A stretch of DNA of 64,000 nt, taken from the NCBI GenBank assembly GCA_947464955.1, contig CANHZI010000001.1, positions 12,206-76,205 on the forward strand, written 5' to 3'. Below are positions 19,468 to 27,097 of the stretch, piece after piece. The number at the start of each line of letters is the position of its first letter. Positions within the stretch are counted from its first letter, which is position 1. A program made the position numbers and the translations under genes. The DNA comes from Oxalobacteraceae bacterium. Lineage in GTDB: Bacteria > Pseudomonadota > Gammaproteobacteria > Burkholderiales > Burkholderiaceae_D. A model generated the notes under the pieces. The model was not told the origin of the DNA and searched no databases. It saw only the letters and a list, made by a program, of their open reading frames with translations.

Positions 19468-20328
19468 CTATTTAGACTTCGATTGTTTAATATGCTCTTC
19501 TAGTTCAGAGAATGTCGGGCGCTCTGTCGAATACAAAACTTTGCGACCAAACTCAACTGACAAGGCTGGTGCATAGCCATTCAAGCTCGCCAACAAAGTC
19601 ACTTTAATACATTGAAATGTCTTGGACGACTCATCTAAATTTTGCTCCATCAAACTCGCCAACGGACCAACAAAACCATAAGCCAGCAAAATACCAAGGA
19701 AAGTACCAACCAAAGCATGGGCAATCAAAATCCCCAACTCTGCTGGCGGAATACCCACAGACTCCATGGTATGAACCACACCCATCACCGCCGCAACGAT
19801 ACCGAACGCTGGCAAACCATCACCTAATTTCGCGATAAAGTGGGCAGGTGCTGCACCTTCGTGGTGATGCGTCTCCAGCTCGTTATCCATCAGGTTTTCA
19901 ATTTGAAATGCGTCCATATTACCGGACACCATCAAACGCAGATAATCACCTAAGAATTCCATCAAATGATGATCCGAGACCACCAAAGTGTATTTACTAA
20001 AGAGCGGGCTTTCCTCAGGCTTTTCGATGTCTCCTTCGATCGACATCAAGCCTTCTTTCCGAATTTTTGTGAGGACATCAAACAACATTGTCATCAGCTC
20101 CATATACAAGGCTTTGCTGTATTTAGAACCTTTGAATACGCTAGGCAAAGCCTTCAATGAAGCTTTGAGAGTTTTAGCATTATTACCGACCAGCGAAGCA
20201 CCGACGGCAGCGCCACCAATCATGAGTAATTCGAGCGGCTGAAAAAGAACGGCGAGATGACCGCCTGACATGACGAAACCGCCGAAAACGGACCCGCAAA
20301 CAACGATATAGCCGACGATGACTAACAC
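19468..20328 (-). CDS. motA: flagellar stator protein MotA
   Basis: 286 aa with a GTG start 8 nt after the GAGGAG SD. It has 4 TM segments and the conserved IAHALVGTFLGILLAYGFVGPLA region. Confidence 0.95.
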   Translation of the reverse strand: MLVIVGYIVVCGSVFGGFVMSGGHLAVLFQPLELLMIGGAAVGASLVGNNAKTLKASLKALPSVFKGSKYSKALYMELMTMLFDVLTKIRKEGLMSIEGDIEKPEESPLFSKYTLVVSDHHLMEFLGDYLRLMVSGNMDAFQIENLMDNELETHHHEGAAPAHFIAKLGDGLPAFGIVAAVMGVVHTMESVGIPPAELGILIAHALVGTFLGILLAYGFVGPLASLMEQNLDESSKTFQCIKVTLLASLNGYAPALSVEFGRKVLYSTERPTFSELEEHIKQSKSK

Positions 20329-20465
20329 GAGTGAGACTCCTCAAGAAGAACTGCCACGCACCAAAATTAAATCCGTAGAGCAATATCTAAAGAATACCAG
20401 CGATCTAGTAATATGAGGCAACATTTTCCAAAATATTGCTCAAAAAATATATTTCTGTTGTTTCA

Positions 20466-21218
20466 TTATATGCGCCATCCATACAAAGAAGGCCCATCAC
20501 TATCGATTTCCAACACAAAACTAGGCGCCACATCTGGAATAATGAACTCATAACTCAATAGCAGAGAGCCTTTTTTCATCTCTACGCTAGCTTTCTCCCA
20601 CAATTCAGGCATCGCTGCAGGAGAAAGATAACAAAAAACAACATCAAAATCGTTAAGATCGAGAGAAAAGTAGCTGCCGAATAGAAATTTAACATTTGAC
20701 TGCCGATAGAAACGACGGCACTGGCAGTACCAATATGGCAGAGGCGCAATCTCGATACCAAAATAGCGTCCATCCTCGCGCAACTTCTCGAGGCGAAACA
20801 ACAAGCCGCCTAAGCCACTACCAAGATCGATAAAACGAGGATGTTGAAACTCATCAAGAAGCTTTGCTATCGGAGCAGCCAAGCTCGCACGTGATGGGTA
20901 ATAGGGAACCTGGGTACGATAAGTCGACCAAAAAACCAAAGCACAAATAACCAAGGCAATGAGATAGATCACCGGCGGAATATTCTGCTGGTAGGCGACA
21001 TATACAAACGAGGGAAAAACAAATTGAATGACACCCCACCACCAGTCGCACTTCAAGAGGTATGAAATGCCTGCGGCAAGAGTGCCACAGATGAGAAGGA
21101 ATACAGTCGGCGAGACAGCGAAACCGAAGTTTCGATTCACTACTACCAAACAAGAGAAGCACACTACAAAAGTCAGCACTTGCACTAACAGTGACTTCAC
21201 TCCAATCGATAATTTCAA
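20466..21218 (-). CDS. membrane-anchored class I SAM-dependent methyltransferase
   Basis: 250 aa. It has about four N-terminal hydrophobic helices, then motif I FIDLGSGLGGLLFRL and a post-I acidic residue (FGIEI). It is wedged between flhC and motA. Confidence 0.6.
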   Translation of the reverse strand: MKLSIGVKSLLVQVLTFVVCFSCLVVVNRNFGFAVSPTVFLLICGTLAAGISYLLKCDWWWGVIQFVFPSFVYVAYQQNIPPVIYLIALVICALVFWSTYRTQVPYYPSRASLAAPIAKLLDEFQHPRFIDLGSGLGGLLFRLEKLREDGRYFGIEIAPLPYWYCQCRRFYRQSNVKFLFGSYFSLDLNDFDVVFCYLSPAAMPELWEKASVEMKKGSLLLSYEFIIPDVAPSFVLEIDSDGPSLYGWRI

Positions 21219-21271
21219 GGTGCGCCCTTCCTTCTCTTCCGTTTTGAGAGACGCACTTGGAGAAAAAATTT

Positions 21272-21814
21272 TTAGTGGGTCAACTCAGCGTTTTTCGCTT
21301 TTTTTGTCTTACCTGCACGTGAAGGCACATGACATAAGCCGCAGGCATAATGATCGTGCAAGTCTAATGTATGCCCGACGAATTGACCACCACAATGCTC
21401 ACAACGCACAAAAGACAACATATTCCCTTCGAAGAAACGAACCAAGGTCCACGCGCGTGTCAGTGAGAGAACAGGCTCCTCACCTTCTGCAACTGGCATC
21501 TGCTCAAGATAGAGTTTATAAGCCTTGACGACCGCATGAATCCCACTAACACCGGCATGTTCACGAAGGTATTTGAAGATATTCATAAATAGGGAGGAAT
21601 GTATATTTGGCTGCCACGTAACAAACCAATCCGCAGAAAAAGGTAGCATTCCTTTTGGAGGCGAAACACCCTTGAGTTCTTTATAGATTTTCAAAAGGCG
21701 TTCACGCGATAAGGAGGTTTCGGACTCCAGCAGCTGCAAACGAGCACCTAAATTCACGAGATCAACAGCAAGTTGAATTTCATTCGCTTCATTCACGATA
21801 CTTTTCGTTGCCAT
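21272..21814 (-). CDS. flhC: flagellar master regulator subunit FlhC
   Basis: 180 aa. Motifs: IQLAVDLVNLGARLQLLE, LPFSADWFVTWQPNIHSS and the Zn-site cysteines CEHCGG...CGLC. Confidence 0.95.
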   Translation of the reverse strand: MATKSIVNEANEIQLAVDLVNLGARLQLLESETSLSRERLLKIYKELKGVSPPKGMLPFSADWFVTWQPNIHSSLFMNIFKYLREHAGVSGIHAVVKAYKLYLEQMPVAEGEEPVLSLTRAWTLVRFFEGNMLSFVRCEHCGGQFVGHTLDLHDHYACGLCHVPSRAGKTKKAKNAELTH

Positions 21815-21864
21815 GATTTACCCCTTCCGTCAAACAATCGAACTAACATGAAACTACGTAAAAA

Positions 21865-22182
21865 TTACGCGATTTCTTCCACATTTTGACCAGCCATCAA
21901 AATGGCCGCATGGGACTGAGCCAAACTGCGCTCTTTGTTATAATTCGTCAACATACAGAGGATAGAGCTATCTTCGAAGCGGAAGCGAGCCAACATCATG
22001 TTAGAGCCAGCCAACTTCAAGATTTGAGAGTTATTTAATCCTTCGATTAAATCTGCGATCTCTTTGCCGATGCCTAAGCGGAAAATTGCTGTTGCCTTGT
22101 CCGCACGGATCATTTGCTGCGCGAGCATCAAGTAACTCAAGTTTGCATCGCGAATTTCAGCCATCATATCATTTGGTGTCAT
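21865..22182 (-). CDS. flhD: flagellar master regulator subunit FlhD
   Basis: 105 aa. Motifs: EIRDANLSYLMLAQQMIRADKATAIFRLGI and LARFRF. The GGGAG SD lies 7 nt upstream. Confidence 0.95.
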   Translation of the reverse strand: MTPNDMMAEIRDANLSYLMLAQQMIRADKATAIFRLGIGKEIADLIEGLNNSQILKLAGSNMMLARFRFEDSSILCMLTNYNKERSLAQSHAAILMAGQNVEEIA

Positions 22183-22183
22183 T

Positions 22184-22309
22184 TTAGCACTCCCACTTAT
22201 TTGCCCTAGCGAAATGTGTTGCCAGTGGGATACATTGTGTTACCAAGAAAAAATGTGTTGTATCAGAGAAATGATGTAAATTCGCACAGAAAAAGACGAT
22301 CGCCCACAT
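22184..22309 (-). CDS. candidate 41-codon upstream ORF in the flhDC leader (speculative)
   Basis: GAGG-N7-ATG at 22309. Translation: MWAIVFFCANLHHFSDTTHFFLVTQCIPLATHFARANKWEC. Its TAA stop (22186-22184) is 1 nt before the flhD ATG, and the flhD SD lies inside its last codons. I see no homology support. Confidence 0.25.
   Translation of the reverse strand: MWAIVFFCANLHHFSDTTHFFLVTQCIPLATHFARANKWEC
22213..22262 (-). repeat. three direct AACACA(T/A)T repeats in the flhDC leader
   Basis: The minus strand reads CAACACATTT (from 22260), TAACACAATG (from 22242) and CAACACATTT (from 22221), spaced 18 and 21 nt apart. On the plus strand these appear as aatgtgttg / cattgtgtta / aatgtgttg. Confidence 0.6.
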
Positions 22310-22344
22310 AGGAAAACCTCCTACATATGGTCGGTAATTTGATA

Positions 22345-22364
22345 TTGCACTGCTAGCAATGCAA
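22345..22364. promoter_or_regulatory. 20-bp imperfect palindrome in the flhDC leader/promoter region
   Basis: TTGCAcTGCTAGCAaTGCAA is symmetric apart from one position per arm. It could be an operator, or an 8-bp RNA hairpin in the leader. Confidence 0.35.
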
Positions 22365-22474
22365 AAATTGAATTGTCGCTGAATTAATTAACATTTTTGA
22401 CAAATATTAAAATAATCCAATAAAAACAAAGGCTTATAAAATTTTACTGAAAACTCTTTAGCCTCTTAAAATCA

Positions 22475-22501
22475 TTAACGGCAGACTTTAGGAAAACTTT
22501 A
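22475..22501 (-). promoter_or_regulatory. sigma-28-type promoter motif P1 facing flhDC
   Basis: The minus strand reads TAAAGTTT-tcctaaagtct-GCCGTTAA. The -35 box matches 8/8, the spacer is 11 nt and the -10 box matches the enteric consensus 7/8. It shares CCGTTA with the flgM promoter in this window. Confidence 0.55.
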
Positions 22502-22552
22502 GGGTCCAAACAAAATATTTTTCAATTATTTTTAAGCTTGTTCGTAGGACTC

Positions 22553-22579
22553 TTAACGGTGCAATTTCAGAAAACTTGA
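22553..22579 (-). promoter_or_regulatory. sigma-28-type promoter motif P2 facing flhDC
   Basis: The minus strand reads TCAAGTTT-tctgaaattgc-ACCGTTAA. The -35 box matches 7/8, the spacer is 11 nt and the -10 box matches 6/8. Confidence 0.45.
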
Positions 22580-22601
22580 GTGTTTTTTTGAAAAAAATCA
22601 A

Positions 22602-22628
22602 AAAAGTTTGTTGGAAATTTGCCGAAAA
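22602..22628 (+). promoter_or_regulatory. sigma-28-type promoter motif P3 facing away from flhDC
   Basis: The plus strand reads AAAAGTTT-gttggaaattt-GCCGAAAA. The -35 box matches 7/8, the spacer is 11 nt and the -10 box matches 7/8. Confidence 0.45.
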
Positions 22629-22635
22629 GTAATAA

Positions 22636-22727
22636 AACGACAAAATTCCCCATTGTCACCACGTCATCTAAAGTGAATATAAAGACAAAAGGGAGCGCCT
22701 TTTAAAGCGCTCCCTTCCATTTTTTCT
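22636..22727 (+). ncRNA. candidate sRNA of about 90 nt, bounded by P3 and the bidirectional terminator (speculative)
   Basis: The predicted start is about 7-9 nt after the P3 -10 box. There is no ATG ORF in the interval. It ends at the hairpin GGGAGCGC-cttttaaa-GCGCTCCC followed by TTCCATTTTTT. Confidence 0.3.
22691..22727. terminator. bidirectional intrinsic terminator (dnaQ on the minus strand; candidate sRNA on the plus strand)
   Basis: A perfect 8-bp GC-rich stem (22691-22698 / 22707-22714) with an 8-nt loop. T-rich tracts follow on both strands: plus ttccattttttct, minus ttttgtctttatatt. Confidence 0.75.
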
Positions 22728-22786
22728 GAGCCATTTGCTCTCTTGAATTGTTCAATTGCTACCGAAAAATGCGCGAAATCACCAAA

Positions 22787-23503
22787 CTAAACCATCTCGC
22801 TCTGGTTTTGCCCCCACACACTGCTTCCGTTTTTGCCAAGATCTTCAAGTTGTTTGCAATGAGCATCTACCTCAGCACCGTTGGCCCGCTGCACCAAAAC
22901 CTCATAAGGACCATCATCTACCACGACCTGCTCCACAGTCTCAACTACTCTCTCAGATTCGTCATCGAGACTGATAAAACTGTTTTGCCCCCGAGACATC
23001 GCCAGAAATACATCTGCTAGGAGTTCAGCATCAAGTAAGGCGCCATGTAGCTTACGATGCGCGTTCGATATCTCGTAGCGATCACACAATGCATCCAATG
23101 AATTTCGTTTGCCGGGATGCAGCTCTTTCGCCTGCACTAAAGAATCAATGACCGTGCCCACATATTGATCAAAGGAGCCGCGGCCTAATAGTTCAAACTC
23201 AGCATTTAAGAAGCCCATATCAAACGGTGCATTATGGATAATGAGCTCAGCACCCTGTATGTATTCTAGAAATTCCTCGGCAATTTCTGAGAATTTCGGC
23301 TTATCACTCAGGAACTCGGTTGTCAGTCCATGTACTGCCAACGCCCCCTCTTCCGAATCACGCTCAGGATTAATATACCGATGAAAGTTATTGCCAGTTA
23401 GCTTACGATTGACCAATTCAACGCAGCCAATTTCAATGATACGATTACCTTGACGTGGGTTAAGTCCGGTAGTTTCCGTATCTAAGACGATTTGTCTAGT
23501 CAT
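22787..23503 (-). CDS. dnaQ: DNA polymerase III epsilon subunit (3'-5' proofreading exonuclease)
   Basis: 238 aa. ExoI is IVLDTETTGL, ExoII is LIIHNAPFDMGFL and ExoIII is HGALLDAELLADVF. Confidence 0.95.
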   Translation of the reverse strand: MTRQIVLDTETTGLNPRQGNRIIEIGCVELVNRKLTGNNFHRYINPERDSEEGALAVHGLTTEFLSDKPKFSEIAEEFLEYIQGAELIIHNAPFDMGFLNAEFELLGRGSFDQYVGTVIDSLVQAKELHPGKRNSLDALCDRYEISNAHRKLHGALLDAELLADVFLAMSRGQNSFISLDDESERVVETVEQVVVDDGPYEVLVQRANGAEVDAHCKQLEDLGKNGSSVWGQNQSEMV

Positions 23504-23537
23504 TACTATCCACTCTTTTGTTAGTTATTGCCTGAAT

Positions 23538-24932
23538 TTAGGTATTCGCTTTCCAGCTAAGTTGTATCTTTTTTCCTGAACCTTCACTTAGGAAAGAAGC
23601 ATCCATTCCAAGCTCAGCGACAAAGAATAGACGATCATCCAAGAACACAAAGGGTAATTGAGATCGACGCCAAAATGGAATTCGAGCACTCTGGAAATGA
23701 CTCTTCATATCTCGTGACGGCCGATTCTTACCAAGCCGCAGTCTCATACCCGACACGCGTTTTTTTACGAGAATTTCTTTATCAATCAACTGCTCGTAAT
23801 CAATTCCACACTCTGATTCTTCAAAGATTAGGCGACCATCCATTTCAGGAATCGCTAACTCACTTTGACCAGCCCAGATCATTCGCACTGACGCTTGTTC
23901 TTCATCATGCTTCTTGAGCGGAATCAAATGAATCCTTCCATCGTAACGCGACAAAGTAAAATCGAGATGATGAATTTGGATCCGTGCATCGTCGCGCGCA
24001 CTAAATAATTGTTTCCGCATCTCATTCAATTTTGAGGTCGATGGCATTTGAACCTGAGCCATACTTAGCCAATAGCGAAGTAGGTTATCGATGCGATCAC
24101 TACTCAGCTGCGACAAGATTGAAATTTCCAAGCCATTATTTGTTTGTGCCGCTTGCAGATCAGATTGCGCCAACTCATCAAGCATACGATTGGCAGCGCG
24201 GATATGAGATGCGCTTCGAGCAAACCTATGTGAAAACTGTGGTGCAATCAGCTCAAGCTGCGGCATCAGTTGATGCCTGATTGCATTGCGAGTGTAACGC
24301 AGGTCTTCGTTCGATTCATCAATCACATATGAAAGTGCATGTAGCTGCGCATACATTTCAAGCTGTTTTCTAGATTCTTGCAAGAGAGGTCTAGCCATCA
24401 TTAGCGAAGAATTTTTCAGTAAATCAGGTGCGTAATTTGAATCATCCATGCCGCATAAACCACGAGGCCCACTACCCCGAAGCAACTGCATTAACAGCGT
24501 TTCAGCCTGGTCATCAAGATGATGCGCTGTCAACAATAAAGAGGCATTAAATTTCTGGCATAAACTGCCAAGTGCCGCGTATCGTGCATCTCTAGCAGCA
24601 GCTTCGATACCTTCACCGTTCTGTTTTACCTCTACTTGAACCATCTCAAATGCAATATCAAGGCGAGCACATTCAGCAGCACAATGCTTTGCCCAATCAT
24701 CTGCATTGGGACTCAGTCCATGATGAACATGGAACGCGAAAAAAGGGATTTGACGATCCACACAGAACTGGTGGACGAGGTGTAAGAGAACGCTGGAGTC
24801 CAGACCACCACTATAAGCAACCGCTACTCCAAGCGAGCTTTCTTGGTGGTCTTGAATCTCTGTGAGGCCGGCAAGTTTGCGAACAACACCTTTTGCAAAC
24901 GCATCGACCGATGCCGCCAGCCCTACACTCAT
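23538..24932 (-). CDS. tilS: tRNA(Ile)-lysidine synthase
   Basis: 464 aa. The PP-loop is [15 protein letters not shown], followed by [19 protein letters not shown]. Confidence 0.92.
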   Translation of the reverse strand: MSVGLAASVDAFAKGVVRKLAGLTEIQDHQESSLGVAVAYSGGLDSSVLLHLVHQFCVDRQIPFFAFHVHHGLSPNADDWAKHCAAECARLDIAFEMVQVEVKQNGEGIEAAARDARYAALGSLCQKFNASLLLTAHHLDDQAETLLMQLLRGSGPRGLCGMDDSNYAPDLLKNSSLMMARPLLQESRKQLEMYAQLHALSYVIDESNEDLRYTRNAIRHQLMPQLELIAPQFSHRFARSASHIRAANRMLDELAQSDLQAAQTNNGLEISILSQLSSDRIDNLLRYWLSMAQVQMPSTSKLNEMRKQLFSARDDARIQIHHLDFTLSRYDGRIHLIPLKKHDEEQASVRMIWAGQSELAIPEMDGRLIFEESECGIDYEQLIDKEILVKKRVSGMRLRLGKNRPSRDMKSHFQSARIPFWRRSQLPFVFLDDRLFFVAELGMDASFLSEGSGKKIQLSWKANT

Positions 24933-25903
24933 TCAGAAACTCGAGTTTCCTTAAACTTACCATAGCCCATCAGCTTCTCATGACGAGCTGCTAACAGATC
25001 CTTGGTCTTCATACCTTGGAATTGGCGCAACGTATCAGCTAAAGCACGCTTAACCAATGCACACATTTGTTTCGGATCGCGGTGAGCCCCACCCAAAGGT
25101 TCATTGATAATCTTGTCGATCAAACCCATCGCCTTCAAACGATTCGCCGTTAGGCCCAAGGCTTCAGCGGCATCAGATGCACGCTCAGACGTTTTCCACA
25201 AAATAGAAGCACAACCCTCTGGAGAGATCACAGAGTATGTTGCGTATTGCAACATCAAGACTGAATCGCCAACTGCCAGCGCGAGCGCACCGCCCGAACC
25301 GCCTTCTCCGATGATGGTCGCGATCAAAGGCACTTTTAATTCCGCCATCACGTACAGATTGTGACCGATAGCTTCTGACTGACCACGCTCCTCAGCATCG
25401 ATTCCAGGCCAAGCACCAGTCGTATCAATAAAAGTGAACACAGGAATATCAAATTTTTCAGCTAATTTCATCAGGCGCATCGCCTTACGATAGCCTTCTG
25501 GCTTAGGCATACCAAAATTACGCATCGCGCGCTCTTTAGTATCTCGGCCCTTTTGATGACCGATGACCATACACGCTTGTCCGTTAAAGCGAGCCAAGCC
25601 ACCTACGATCGCCAAATCATCTGCAAACGCGCGATCACCATGTAACTCGTGAAAATCTGTGAAGATCTGATTGATGTAGTCCAAAGTGTATGGACGTTGA
25701 GGATGACGTGAAATTTGAGAAACTTGCCATGGCGTCAACTTTGCATAGATGTCTTTTGTGAGCATCTGACTCTTCTGAGAGAGTCGGTCAATTTCTTCAG
25801 AAATATCGACTGCAGAATCATCCTGAACAAAACGCAATTCTTCAATTTTTGTTTCAAGTTCCGCGATTTGTTGTTCAAATCCTAGGAATGTTGTCTTAGT
25901 CAT
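24929..25903 (-). CDS. accA: acetyl-CoA carboxylase carboxyltransferase alpha subunit
   Basis: 324 aa. Motifs: [37 protein letters not shown]. Confidence 0.96.
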   Translation of the reverse strand: MTKTTFLGFEQQIAELETKIEELRFVQDDSAVDISEEIDRLSQKSQMLTKDIYAKLTPWQVSQISRHPQRPYTLDYINQIFTDFHELHGDRAFADDLAIVGGLARFNGQACMVIGHQKGRDTKERAMRNFGMPKPEGYRKAMRLMKLAEKFDIPVFTFIDTTGAWPGIDAEERGQSEAIGHNLYVMAELKVPLIATIIGEGGSGGALALAVGDSVLMLQYATYSVISPEGCASILWKTSERASDAAEALGLTANRLKAMGLIDKIINEPLGGAHRDPKQMCALVKRALADTLRQFQGMKTKDLLAARHEKLMGYGKFKETRVSE

Positions 25904-25956
25904 CGTGCCCCCTTAAAAAATCCACACGAGTTAGAAATAGGTGTCGATTGTACCAT

Positions 25957-26604
25957 TTATAAGGCCTTAGAATCCAAACTTCGCCACATATACCATGTCG
26001 CGACTGTTCGCCAAGGCTCCCAATTGGCAGCAACTTCGCGCAAATCTATGCGAGAAACTGGCTCCCCAGAAAAGTAATTTTTGCTAATTCCACTAATCAA
26101 ACCAGCATCATCTAGAGGCAAAATATTCGGACGCAGCAGATTAAAGATCAAAAACATTTCGGCTGTCCAACGGCTAATGCCTCGAATCTGAACCAATTCA
26201 GCGATCACTGCTTCATCTGACATTTCAACCCACTTGTCAACATGAACCCTGCCTTCTTGAAAATGTAGTGCTAAATCTAAGATGTAATCTGTTTTGCGCT
26301 TAGAAAGTCCGCAACCCGCCAAACCTTCGCGCCCGACTTTAAGCACATCTGCAGGCGTCGTTTTCGGACAAACGACGAGATACTTATCCCACAATGCAGC
26401 GGCTGAATTTGCCGTAATTTGCTGGGCAATAATAGAACGCGTCAAGGTTGTGAACGCATCATCGCGCCCCATTAGATATAGGTCACCAAACTGAGGAATC
26501 AAGCGACGCAAAATTCTATCGCGTTTCATAAGCTCGTTCTTCGCCTCATCCCAGTAATCTGGAACGTGCAACTCAATCTTGCGGTTTGAATTATTTGTTT
26601 TCAT
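25957..26604 (-). CDS. HhH-GPD family DNA glycosylase (3-methyladenine glycosylase II-like)
   Basis: 215 aa. It has the helix-hairpin-helix block GISRWTAEMFLIFNLLRPNILPLDDAGL and an upstream QQITANSAAALW. Confidence 0.75.
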   Translation of the reverse strand: MKTNNSNRKIELHVPDYWDEAKNELMKRDRILRRLIPQFGDLYLMGRDDAFTTLTRSIIAQQITANSAAALWDKYLVVCPKTTPADVLKVGREGLAGCGLSKRKTDYILDLALHFQEGRVHVDKWVEMSDEAVIAELVQIRGISRWTAEMFLIFNLLRPNILPLDDAGLISGISKNYFSGEPVSRIDLREVAANWEPWRTVATWYMWRSLDSKAL

Positions 26605-26834
26605 TTTTCTATATCTGCCGCGCCCGAATACAACCTTATCTTTATACTATCGCCCTCAACACCAAGGCTGAGAAAGAATCAAAGTAGAAGGAAAAGCCGC
26701 TGATTTTACATCAAACCAGAATCCAAGAAGGCTTTTTTGCAAGCCGCGGGCAAAAGTTAAACTAATGATTCTTCACTTTTTAATCGCAAAAATATTCTGC
26801 GCAAATGGAAATCGCCTAACTTTCGTCGGAAATT

Positions 26835-26865
26835 AAGGGTTTCGAGAAAGAAATCCCTTTTTCAT
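26835..26865 (+). terminator. orphan terminator-like hairpin in a 493-bp divergent intergenic region
   Basis: AAGGGTTT-cgagaaag-AAAtCCCTT followed by TTTCAT. The stem has one bulge, and the T-run is on the plus strand only. No plus-strand ORF lies upstream. Confidence 0.3.
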
Positions 26866-27097
26866 AAACAGAACAATTTTGCTTTCAAGACTATGGTTTT
26901 GATGTCTCGAATTTGTAGATATCGGGGATATTAAGAGACAAACTGCAAAACCAATTCAAAATTGTGACTTTTCAAGCTAAATTGCCGAATAGCTACCCGC
27001 ATACATAGGTTTATTTGCTAAGATTGCGCCTGACCAAATTAACAAACATGTCATGCACTCCAAATGACATCTTTTTAGAAAAGACAATTCGTACACT

